This document shows, in pieces, positions 1-8,475 of a stretch of DNA of 24,217 bases (positions are counted from its first letter, which is position 1; every line of letters starts with the position of its first letter). The stretch spans positions 1-24,217 of the forward strand of contig JAYODI010000087.1 in NCBI GenBank assembly GCA_038279365.1, in the 5' to 3' direction. Origin of the DNA: Candidatus Latescibacterota bacterium. Its GTDB lineage: Bacteria > Latescibacterota > UBA2968. Below the pieces are notes generated by a model that was not told where the DNA came from, did no database searches, and worked only from the letters and a program-made list of their open reading frames with translations. Both the position numbers and the translations under genes were made by a program.

Positions 1-929
1 TTTTCAAATTCGGGCATGAGTGTGCCTGGTAAAAAACCGCCAATGTCCCCACCAAAACGATTGGATGGGTCTCGGGAATATTGTCTGGCCAGTGTTTCAA
101 AAGTGGTACCGGTTTGCAGTTGGGCAATGAGGTTTTGGGCTTCGGTTTCTGAGGGAACCACAATGTGACGCACGCGCATTTCACCTGCGGCTTGGCGGTG
201 TCGTTTTTCTGTGAGGAGTGTTTTTGCAATTGATAAGTTGTTACGGACCAGTGGGTAATTGGGGTTGTGTACAAGGGCCTGTTCAAAAGATGTGATGGCC
301 TTTTCAAACTGTTCCATTTCGGCATAGGCACTGCCCAAGTTGTTGTGGGCATCGGCAAAGTTGGGTCGGTATTGGATGGCTTTTTGATAGTAGGACACAG
401 CATTTTGGAAATCACCTTGGTAGGCGTTGAGCAAGCCAATGTTGTTATAAGCACCTGCATTTTGGGCATCTAATGAGAGTGCTTTTTGATAGTTTTTTAG
501 CGCGTTGTCCAACTGGCCACCAATGGCATACGCTGCGCCTAAGCTGTTGTGGGCTTCGCTGTTTTTGGGATCAAGGGCAATGATTTTCTGATAGACTGTT
601 ACGGCACTGTCAGGACGCTCTGCGGCCACAAGTGCGGTACCGAGGTTAAATAAGATTTCAATTCTGTTGGGCTCTTGTGCAAGGGCTTGGTGATAATAAT
701 TAATGGCTTGACTGTGTTGGCCTTGTTGGGCAAGCAATATGCCCAAGGCATTGGCGGCATCACTTGTATTGGGGTTGAGGGATAAGATGGTACGATATTC
801 GGCCACAGCAGAGTCTATTTGTCCACGGGCTTGATATTGAGCCGCATTTTCGAAATGTACACGTATTTGGCGTTCGGTACACCCCATAAGGAATATGAAA
901 GATAAAAGGCAATAAGAGATTAAACGCAT
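1..929 (-). CDS. TPR-repeat lipoprotein fused to a PpiC/parvulin peptidyl-prolyl isomerase domain (3' end runs off the window)
   Basis: Absent from the ORF track and translated by hand. ATG at 929 has AGGA upstream. N-terminus MRLISYCLLSFIFLMG-C is a lipobox. About 6 TPRs follow (e.g. SEAHNSLGAAYAIGGQLDNALKNYQKALSLDA, ADAHNNLGSAYAEMEQFEKAITSFEQAL), then parvulin motifs VRHIVV...FETLARQYSRDPSNRFGGDIG...MPEFE. The frame is open to the window edge. Confidence 0.9.
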   Translation of the reverse strand, partial: MRLISYCLLSFIFLMGCTERQIRVHFENAAQYQARGQIDSAVAEYRTILSLNPNTSDAANALGILLAQQGQHSQAINYYHQALAQEPNRIEILFNLGTALVAAERPDSAVTVYQKIIALDPKNSEAHNSLGAAYAIGGQLDNALKNYQKALSLDAQNAGAYNNIGLLNAYQGDFQNAVSYYQKAIQYRPNFADAHNNLGSAYAEMEQFEKAITSFEQALVHNPNYPLVRNNLSIAKTLLTEKRHRQAAGEMRVRHIVVPSETEAQNLIAQLQTGTTFETLARQYSRDPSNRFGGDIGGFLPGTLMPEFE

Positions 930-938
930 TGGATTATC

Positions 939-1931
939 CTAAACGACAGTACCCACCTCTTGTGCCACACGCGGACGGCGCAATTTCCAGATCATGCCGT
1001 CGAAGATGAAGTGCATAAAAGAGGTGCCATAGGTGAAGACAAGAAAGGCGAGCAGTGACAGTGTTTTTAAACCGTATAACAAGCTGCTCACAACAACTAT
1101 GAATCCGACAATGTACCAAACAATGTGTTTTGATGCACGTGTGAGGATGGGAGAGTCCAGTGCATTTTGTTGGCTTTTGTTTTTGATGGCGAGTCCCACA
1201 AGCGCAATGTATTCGGCGGCATGGCTAAAACTGGTGGCAATAAAGAGGGCGTCTGTTGAGAGGATTGGAACGATGCCATACATAAAAATGATTGAAAATA
1301 AAAAAATGAGTTTAGGGTAATTTTTTTGTACAGGGTTGCGCCATTCATAGACCAACCAGATGAGGGTGGTGAGAATGGCAATTGCGTAGATAAGCTGGGC
1401 GATGGTTGTGGGAATGGGGGTACCCCCTGATACGGTGCGCAAATAGTGCATCACACGGCCTTCTACATCGGATTGATACGCAAACATAAACGCAAACCCA
1501 GCCATGCCCCACAAATAAGATGTCCAGGCATCGAGGCGTTTGTGCCCCCAGCGTGCTTTACCTGAGTAGATGCGTAGGATGCCATATTTTTGCCGAACAA
1601 AGTGAAAGTAGTTAAACAGGTACCAAATGGCAAACATCTCGGGTTCGTCAATGCGAAAATAATAACACAGCCCCACAAACCCCAAACACAAGATGGGGGT
1701 GATGGTGTAAATGGTTTTTTGGCGGTGAAATTCAATGCGGTCGAGATAAACGAGTGGGAATGTAAAATATCTGTGGGCCGCAAAGGATGTGACGGCTATG
1801 ATGCGGAATGTTTCGTCATGGTTTGCAAAGTAGTATGGCATTAAAAAAAAAGCCAACCATCCAAGAGAGATACACAGAAGGTCAACGGTTGGTGTGATGA
1901 TCCAGTGGGATTTGGGTTGGGCGGTTGTCAT
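939..1931 (-). CDS. Polytopic membrane protein of unknown function with four spaced His motifs
   Basis: 330 aa ORF with many hydrophobic segments. Motifs AAHRYFT, FHFVRQKYG, SHAAEY and MHFIFDGMIWK. The stop lies 9 nt upstream of the next start, suggesting co-transcription. Confidence 0.85.
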   Translation of the reverse strand: MTTAQPKSHWIITPTVDLLCISLGWLAFFLMPYYFANHDETFRIIAVTSFAAHRYFTFPLVYLDRIEFHRQKTIYTITPILCLGFVGLCYYFRIDEPEMFAIWYLFNYFHFVRQKYGILRIYSGKARWGHKRLDAWTSYLWGMAGFAFMFAYQSDVEGRVMHYLRTVSGGTPIPTTIAQLIYAIAILTTLIWLVYEWRNPVQKNYPKLIFLFSIIFMYGIVPILSTDALFIATSFSHAAEYIALVGLAIKNKSQQNALDSPILTRASKHIVWYIVGFIVVVSSLLYGLKTLSLLAFLVFTYGTSFMHFIFDGMIWKLRRPRVAQEVGTVV

Positions 1932-2176
1932 AGAAACACCGGAAGAATGTTTACTGGCTTTTTTTGTTTGTTATCAATGGTTAAGCAGGGTTTATGCAAT
2001 ACCCCCGTTGGGAATAGTTGACAGACAATCTATGATATTTTTTCTTTATAATAAAGAACTTATTTACCAGACTGTGGGTGGCTGTTTGGGTGTTGTTGTT
2101 TCATTGCAATGATGTTATTATGTGGTGGTTGATCGCGGGAATTTTTTTTTGCGTGTAATTTTTAGGAGATCGGGCA
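1932..2176. promoter_or_regulatory. Divergent AT-rich promoter region
   Basis: 245 bp between divergent genes. Contains TTGACA (2018-2023), TATGAT (2031-2036) and TATAAT (2047-2052). The best-spaced pair is TTGGGA(2008)-N17-TATGAT. SD AGGAG at 2164-2168. The exact promoter is uncertain. Confidence 0.45.
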
Positions 2177-2986
2177 ATGGATATGGATCTGTTTAAACGC
2201 TTTGATGACGATGGTTATGTGGTGATCGAAAATGCCATTTCGGGTGATTTGCTTAAGCGTGTTCAAGCGGCCTTTGATCGGGTTGAACACGAAACGCGCC
2301 CCGCTTGGTTGGCACGCATTGCTAAAGACCCCAAGCGCGGTTCTTATGGTGTGGGCCCCACAGCTCATGTGGTGGAACCAGTGATTGATCGTGATGATGT
2401 GTTTGTCGATTTATTGGAATTGCCTGCAACCATCGACATTGCCCAGAAGATGCAAGGCCCAGATATGATGATGATTGACAATGCCCTGCATGTAAAACCA
2501 CCGGGCAAAGAAGCCCATACGCGTTGGCACAAAGATTCTAAAATATGGGCGCATGATGTTGTCGAATGGTCTGAGGCAGATCGCAAGGCCTGGGCGTCTA
2601 TGAAAGCCTGTGACACGCCTTTTCACAAGATTAAGATTTTCTTTTTTGTGTATGATGTCGATTTTGATACGGGGCCTTTTAGTGTGGTGCCGGGTTCGCA
2701 TCGATGGATTGATCGGGAGATTCCTGTATTGGATGATTTAAATGCGATGCCCGATCATGTGCGTTTGACAGGGTCTGCGGGGTCTGCCATTTTGTGGAAT
2801 GGCTGTATATGGCACACGGCCATGGACAATACCGATACCCAAGCGCGGCGCATGTTGCTTTACAACTATACCCACTTTGGTCAAAAGCAATATGACGATT
2901 GTATACCCAAGGGTGCATTTCGTGAACGTCTTGCCCGAGAACGATCCTCTTTGTGCAAACAATTGTTGGGCATTGAACGTATTTAG
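2177..2986 (+). CDS. Phytanoyl-CoA dioxygenase (PhyH)-family Fe(II)/2-oxoglutarate dioxygenase
   Basis: N-terminal FDDDGYVVIENA, then HVKPP...WHKD (HxD), GPFSVVPGSHR, and distal His/Arg in IWHTAMDNTDTQARR. AGGAG SD. Confidence 0.9.
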   Translation: MDMDLFKRFDDDGYVVIENAISGDLLKRVQAAFDRVEHETRPAWLARIAKDPKRGSYGVGPTAHVVEPVIDRDDVFVDLLELPATIDIAQKMQGPDMMMIDNALHVKPPGKEAHTRWHKDSKIWAHDVVEWSEADRKAWASMKACDTPFHKIKIFFFVYDVDFDTGPFSVVPGSHRWIDREIPVLDDLNAMPDHVRLTGSAGSAILWNGCIWHTAMDNTDTQARRMLLYNYTHFGQKQYDDCIPKGAFRERLARERSSLCKQLLGIERI

Positions 2987-2997
2987 AGAGGCAAGAT

Positions 2998-4944
2998 ATG
3001 GCCGAGGTTTTGAAACCCATTGAAGAACACCAAGCTGTTGATCGTGCATTAACGTGGAAATCTCTGGGATTGGGTTTGGTACTGGTTTTGTTGGCTGCCA
3101 TTGGTGGATTTTATGCACGACATGTGTTGCACACCAGCCGATTGGCACAAAACCATTTGTCGTTGGCCGTGGTGTTTCCTTTTGTGATGACGGTGTTGTT
3201 TTTGCGGCGGCCTTTAAAATTGAGCCGTGGTGAATTGTTGGTTGTCTTTGCGATGGGGTTGATTGCATCGACATTGCCCACCTATTTTTTGAGCAAGTTG
3301 TTGGCCAATTTGGTAGTGCCTTATTATTTGGCCGACCCCACCAATGGATGGGGTGAATTTACCCATGCGTATTTGCCTTCTTGGGCAGTCATTCCGCAGG
3401 GCACCGCACTTACGTGGTTTTTTGAAGGCTTGCCACGGGGGGCATCCATTCCGTGGGAGGTGTGGGTGGTGCCCTTGTTTTGGTGGGTGAGTTTGATTGC
3501 GGCTCTATGTGTGGTGTTGCTTTGTGCAGTGGTTATTTTGCGCAAACCTTGGATTGAACACGAGCGAATTGATTATCCTTTGTTGGAATTGCCATTGGCC
3601 ATGGTCAATGAAGTGACACCAGGTAGCCGATGGCCAGAGTTTATGCGCAATCCTATTTTTTGGTGTGGTTTTGGTGTTTCGTTTTTTGTAATTATGTGGA
3701 ATGTGGTGTCTTATTTTAACCCGATGTTTCCCAATATCCCCTGGAAATATGGTGCCGTGTCACTGGGGCGTGGTTTTCAACCAATTCAACTTAATTTGTA
3801 CTGGCCTGTGATTGGGTTTGCCTATTTTATCAAACTGGATGTGGGATTTAGCGTCTGGTTTTTCTTTTTGATGGGTACTTTGGAAGAGGGGTTGTTCAAT
3901 CGCATTGGGTTAGAGGTTAAAAACCCTGACCCTTATGGCACCAGTTTTGCCGCCGTGGGATGGCAAACTTTTGGTGCGTGGTTGGTTTTGGTAGGCTGGG
4001 GGGTGTGGGTGGCACGTCCTCATTTGCGACAGGTGTTTCACAAAGCATTTTATGCCGATGCTTCGATAGACGATTCACGTGAGATGTTATCATATCGAAT
4101 GGCTGTGTTTGGTTTGATTTTGGGTCTGCTTTACCTGGCTGGGTGGTTGTATGCTTCTGGTATGGCGTTGTGGGTGGTTTTGATTTTTTTGGTGATGATG
4201 ATGGTCACGTTTTTGGGCATTACACGCGTGGTGGCTGAAGCGGGGTTATTGACCATTCGGTCTCCTGTTGTGGCACAGCATTTTTTGATGTTTGGATTTG
4301 GTACGGGCAACATGTCTGGGCCAACGATGGCGGCATTGGGGTTGAGCTATGGCTGGTATGGCGATATGAAAACGACGTTGATGCCCGCATTGGGGCATTC
4401 GGTGAAGTTGATGGATACGGTGCATACATATAAACGTCCGTTGGTGTGGGCTGTGGGGTTGGCCATGGGCGTGGGGGTGTTGGTGTCTGTTTGGTACATC
4501 ATTTATATGGCGTATCAAACCGGAGCTGGTAATTATGGGGGGCAGTTGTCGGGTGGTTTGGCGCGGTTGCCTTGGGACCTTGTGGTGAAACACACACGAA
4601 CTCCTGTTGAAGTGGCGTGGGATAAGTGGATGTTTTTGGTGTTTGGGATGGTTTTAACGATTGGACTATATATGCTCAGGTCTCGTTTTCCGGGGTGGCC
4701 CCTTAATCCGTTGGGGCTTGCGGCGGGGCCGGCATATCCGGTGACCAATGTGATTTTTCCTTTGTTTTTGGGTTGGTTGGCCAAGTCGTTGATTTTGCGT
4801 TTTGGGGGTGGACAGACCTATCGGTTGGCACGGCCTTTTTTTCTGGGGTTGATTATGGGGCATTATGTGGGTGCAGGACTGTCGTTTTTGGTCGATATGA
4901 TTTGGTTTCCAGGACAAGGGCATGGTATTCCTTTTTCGGATTGA
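2998..4944 (+). CDS. DUF6785/DUF6784-like polytopic membrane protein, putative OPT-like transporter (paralog 1)
   Basis: 648 aa, highly hydrophobic. Family-like motifs LSRGELLVVF, LRKPWIEHERIDYPL, TRVVAEAG, WPLNPLG and ILRFGG...RPFFLGLIMG. Starts 11 nt after the PhyH stop with a GAGG SD. Confidence 0.8.
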   Translation: MAEVLKPIEEHQAVDRALTWKSLGLGLVLVLLAAIGGFYARHVLHTSRLAQNHLSLAVVFPFVMTVLFLRRPLKLSRGELLVVFAMGLIASTLPTYFLSKLLANLVVPYYLADPTNGWGEFTHAYLPSWAVIPQGTALTWFFEGLPRGASIPWEVWVVPLFWWVSLIAALCVVLLCAVVILRKPWIEHERIDYPLLELPLAMVNEVTPGSRWPEFMRNPIFWCGFGVSFFVIMWNVVSYFNPMFPNIPWKYGAVSLGRGFQPIQLNLYWPVIGFAYFIKLDVGFSVWFFFLMGTLEEGLFNRIGLEVKNPDPYGTSFAAVGWQTFGAWLVLVGWGVWVARPHLRQVFHKAFYADASIDDSREMLSYRMAVFGLILGLLYLAGWLYASGMALWVVLIFLVMMMVTFLGITRVVAEAGLLTIRSPVVAQHFLMFGFGTGNMSGPTMAALGLSYGWYGDMKTTLMPALGHSVKLMDTVHTYKRPLVWAVGLAMGVGVLVSVWYIIYMAYQTGAGNYGGQLSGGLARLPWDLVVKHTRTPVEVAWDKWMFLVFGMVLTIGLYMLRSRFPGWPLNPLGLAAGPAYPVTNVIFPLFLGWLAKSLILRFGGGQTYRLARPFFLGLIMGHYVGAGLSFLVDMIWFPGQGHGIPFSD

Positions 4945-5015
4945 CATGTATCAAGAGGTGATAAACACCTGACGCATCGTGTGATGGATATGACCGCTGT
5001 ATTGAGGAGATTGGT

Positions 5016-8000
5016 ATGCACCAAATGATATGGGTTGTTTTGATGGTGATGGCAACGCCCTGTTGGGCCGGTGATGAGGCTTTACCGCCTAAAAGTGATG
5101 GGGTTCTCACTTTTGAAATGGATGCCTGTGCGTTTCGCTGGCAAGAAAATGACTGCTTTGTCGAAATAACGTTGCGATTTCCGGTGGCGCAATTTGCTTT
5201 TGCACAAAAAGATACACTGGGGTTTGTGGCGCGGTATCAACCTGCCTTGCAGCTGATGAACTTGTCGGGCGAGGTGGTTCAAGAGCTAAAAACAGAAAGT
5301 CAGATGACGGCAGAATCTTTGGAGGCCACCACCGATCCTGATCGTGTGTTTGTAGATATGGTACAAGTGAAGGTGCCACCGGGAAGGTATCGGGGTGTGT
5401 TGACATTGCGCGATTTGGAAACGGGCAGATCTGGGGAAGCCACCTTTTCATTTGAAGCACCCGAGTATGTTCCTGCAAAGCTGGCAATGAGTGATTTGTA
5501 TTTGAGCTCGGGGTTTGATGCACCCAGTCAAGATGCGCATATGAATATTTTTGCAAAAGATGGGCGTATTGTGATGCCGAATCCTTCGCGGGCATATCGA
5601 TCTGATGAAGGTTTGTTTTTTTATTTTGAAGTGTATCATTTGGGGTTTCAAAAACACGATGTGACGATGCAGATATTAGATCGTTATGACCATATTATTT
5701 GGCAAGATACACGATCTTTTACGGGGTTCCGCAGTGATGCCCAATTTGCTGAGGGGGTGCCACTGGATGGACTTTTGCCTGGGGTTTATGCACTACAGGT
5801 GGCCATAAATACAGGTCAAGAGCAAGTGGTTTCCAAACGCAATTTTCAGGTCTTAGGCGATGTGATCATTCCGGCAGAAACATTTGATGCGCCCCATGAA
5901 GACCATGCACAAAAATTGTTAAAGCGGTTTGGAAATGAAGCGGTGGCCAAGGTGTATGAGGGGTTAGACCGTGTGGCGCGGGGGGCTTTTCTTTATGGGT
6001 TTTGGTTGGCACACAATCCTATTGTGGCCAAGGCCTATTATGGCCCATTGTTGGGATATGGTCACATTGACACCTCACCCGAATTGTTAAAAGCGATTGG
6101 TCTGGGAGATCTGCTTGCTAAGCGTACCGATGCGACTTATGTCGATCGTTTGGCCTTACCCGATACCATGTTGGCACGCCAAGCGCGTGATGTGATGAAG
6201 GTGGTGATGAATCATGATCCCAATGACTTTTTTGCGCAAGTAGCGGTGGGGTATGCGTATTTTGCAGGTGGCGATTTGCCCAATGGTGAGCAGGTTTTTA
6301 TAAAAGCCCAGCGCAAGGGTGGGGCGTTGCCCGAAGTTTATAATGGGCTGGGGCTTGCCCAATTGGGGCGCAAAGATGGGAGGGCTGCACAAACGGCATT
6401 TGACCAAGCCTTGGTGTTGCGCCCCCGTTGGACGGTTGCGCTGGCCAACCGTTTGTTGGGTTCTTTTTTGTTGGGAAAAAGTGAGGGTGTACAGGCACTG
6501 GATTCTTTGCTGGTTGTGATGCCGCGTGACCTCTCTTGGGGGTATGCAAAAGGGCGCATGAAAGAACGCAAAGGTGATTTTATTGGGGCCGAAGCCGCCT
6601 ATATCCATCAGGTGGCGATTAATCCGGCGCATGTGCGGGCACGGTTTGATTTGGGACGTATTTATTTTCGGCAAGAAGCCTATATAGCAGCCATTGCCAT
6701 TTGGCAATCGTTGTTAAAAAGTCATCCCGAGTTTCAATCGGCCTGTTTGGAGCCGTTGTTGAGTGCTTATTTAAAATTAGGGGATACCGCAGGGGCACAA
6801 GAAACCATTGGAATGTATTTGCGTATGATGGATGATGCCACGCGGGTTTTGTTGCAAGATATTCGCTTGGTGGCTTCGGTTGATGAATTGCAAGCCTATG
6901 AGGCCTTGCCCAGTGAAATGCGCCCCGCATTTGAACGCGCTTTTTGGCAAAAACGTGATCCAACCCCAGTGACGTCGGGCAATGAACGGCTGGTGGAACA
7001 TTATCGCCGAGTATTGCATGCCATGACACATTTTTCTGAAGGGCAAAAACCTTGGGACAAACGCGGAGAAATTTATATTCGGTATGGCCCACCTGCACAT
7101 ATCAGCAAAAAAGGGGATGTACGCTATGAAACCGACCCGGCTGTGGTGAAGGTGAAGGATCGGTTGCTGATGGGCATTCCGGCGGATGGGCGCAAAGAGA
7201 TCGTGGCGCGGATGAGTCGGTTGCGCACGTCTACACAAGATGTGATCTATCAGGGTGAAGATGCTGGCGATTTGGTGGTCTCCGATTTTGAGTCGATTGA
7301 TTTTGAACTCAATCCCAACCGCCAGTTTTTTGGAGGGGGTGAAGATCGCAATGATGGCAAATATTATGATGATGCCCAAGATTCACATCGAGATCGGCAA
7401 GGCACCGATAATATTCGTGGCTATCCATTGTTTCCTGTTGATGGCACGACGCGCTGGGAATATTGGATTTACCCAAATGTGGCAGGAGGGATAGAAGTGG
7501 TGTTTACGGCCTTAGATGCCCGTGGCAATTTCGGTTTTCCCGATATGCCACAAGGGCGTGCGTTGTCCAATAATAATCAGGGAATATGGACATCTCGGCG
7601 GCCAGATCGGGTGGTGGCAGCGGCCATTCACAAACAATCTGAAATATATCGTTCAGGCACTCAAGATTTGGATTTTTATTTTGACTCGGCCCACTTCCGA
7701 GGCGAAGACACATGGTCGCGGTTGGAGGTCTATTTTGGGATACCGCTTGAGACGTTGGTCGATTCGTCGCGGTTGGAAGGCCAAGTTTTGCGTGGTATTG
7801 CCTTGTTTGACAGTGTGTGGACGCCGGTTTATCGCAAAATGGTATCTGTGCCTTTTGCCGTTGCCAGCTTAGGGGCTGTTTCGGAAGGGACGTTGCTCAT
7901 TGATGAGGTATCGCTTCATGTTTCACCCGGCACCTATCATTTGGGTGTGGAGGTGCGTGATCCCGATCGCAATGTGGTAGGGGCTTATATGCAAGATGTG

Positions 8001-8471
8001 GTGGTGACTGGGTATCATGCCAATGCGTTGCAGGTGAGTGATATTGAGTTGGTGGGATCGGTGGTTGAAGATGTGTCTTTCAAAAACAAAGGGGGGCGCA
8101 AGGTTGTGCCCATGCCATCTAAAACCTTTTTGCCCAAACAGCCTGTGGGGATTTATTATGAGGTGTATGGTTTAACACAAGATGAATTTGGCCAGACACA
8201 TTATCAGATGGATTATCGATTAGAGCCCAAAAAGGGCAAACCCATTGCGGTGACTATTTTACGTGCTGTGGGGCAATTGCTGGGCATTGATGAAAAAAAA
8301 GCTGTGACAATTTCTTATGAACAAAAAGGGTCGGCTGAAACAGAGTATAATTATTTGGAAATTGATGTGAGTGGTTCGGAGACGGGGCGATATGAGTTGG
8401 AAGTGATGGTGACCGATTTGAACAGTGGGCAAAAAACGAAAAAGCAAATTGTGTTTGGCATTGGGAAATAG
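5016..8471 (+). CDS. Exported GWxTD-domain protein with TPRs and beta-sandwich modules at both ends
   Basis: Signal peptide MHQMIWVVLMVMATPCWA and central TPRs. Core FWQKRDPTPVTSGNERLVEHYRRV...PWDKRGEIYIRYGPP...WEYWIY matches the GWxTD domain pattern. GAGGAG SD. Confidence 0.85.
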   Translation: MHQMIWVVLMVMATPCWAGDEALPPKSDGVLTFEMDACAFRWQENDCFVEITLRFPVAQFAFAQKDTLGFVARYQPALQLMNLSGEVVQELKTESQMTAESLEATTDPDRVFVDMVQVKVPPGRYRGVLTLRDLETGRSGEATFSFEAPEYVPAKLAMSDLYLSSGFDAPSQDAHMNIFAKDGRIVMPNPSRAYRSDEGLFFYFEVYHLGFQKHDVTMQILDRYDHIIWQDTRSFTGFRSDAQFAEGVPLDGLLPGVYALQVAINTGQEQVVSKRNFQVLGDVIIPAETFDAPHEDHAQKLLKRFGNEAVAKVYEGLDRVARGAFLYGFWLAHNPIVAKAYYGPLLGYGHIDTSPELLKAIGLGDLLAKRTDATYVDRLALPDTMLARQARDVMKVVMNHDPNDFFAQVAVGYAYFAGGDLPNGEQVFIKAQRKGGALPEVYNGLGLAQLGRKDGRAAQTAFDQALVLRPRWTVALANRLLGSFLLGKSEGVQALDSLLVVMPRDLSWGYAKGRMKERKGDFIGAEAAYIHQVAINPAHVRARFDLGRIYFRQEAYIAAIAIWQSLLKSHPEFQSACLEPLLSAYLKLGDTAGAQETIGMYLRMMDDATRVLLQDIRLVASVDELQAYEALPSEMRPAFERAFWQKRDPTPVTSGNERLVEHYRRVLHAMTHFSEGQKPWDKRGEIYIRYGPPAHISKKGDVRYETDPAVVKVKDRLLMGIPADGRKEIVARMSRLRTSTQDVIYQGEDAGDLVVSDFESIDFELNPNRQFFGGGEDRNDGKYYDDAQDSHRDRQGTDNIRGYPLFPVDGTTRWEYWIYPNVAGGIEVVFTALDARGNFGFPDMPQGRALSNNNQGIWTSRRPDRVVAAAIHKQSEIYRSGTQDLDFYFDSAHFRGEDTWSRLEVYFGIPLETLVDSSRLEGQVLRGIALFDSVWTPVYRKMVSVPFAVASLGAVSEGTLLIDEVSLHVSPGTYHLGVEVRDPDRNVVGAYMQDVVVTGYHANALQVSDIELVGSVVEDVSFKNKGGRKVVPMPSKTFLPKQPVGIYYEVYGLTQDEFGQTHYQMDYRLEPKKGKPIAVTILRAVGQLLGIDEKKAVTISYEQKGSAETEYNYLEIDVSGSETGRYELEVMVTDLNSGQKTKKQIVFGIGK

Positions 8472-8475
8472 ACTT

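Noticed and set aside
267-473. 68 aa plus-strand ORF
   Set aside because: It is antisense to the TPR region of the minus-strand lipoprotein gene.
2018-2052. Perfect TTGACA and TATAAT as a single promoter
   Set aside because: The spacer is 23 bp, too long for sigma70.
4941-4970. Internal promoter or terminator before the GWxTD gene (TTGACA and the small AGGTG/CACCT hairpin)
   Set aside because: There is no properly spaced -10 box. The stem is only 5 bp with no U-tract.
8425-8475. N-terminal extension of the GT-C ORF given by the ORF track
   Set aside because: It overlaps the upstream gene by 47 nt. GTG 8476 is the more plausible start.
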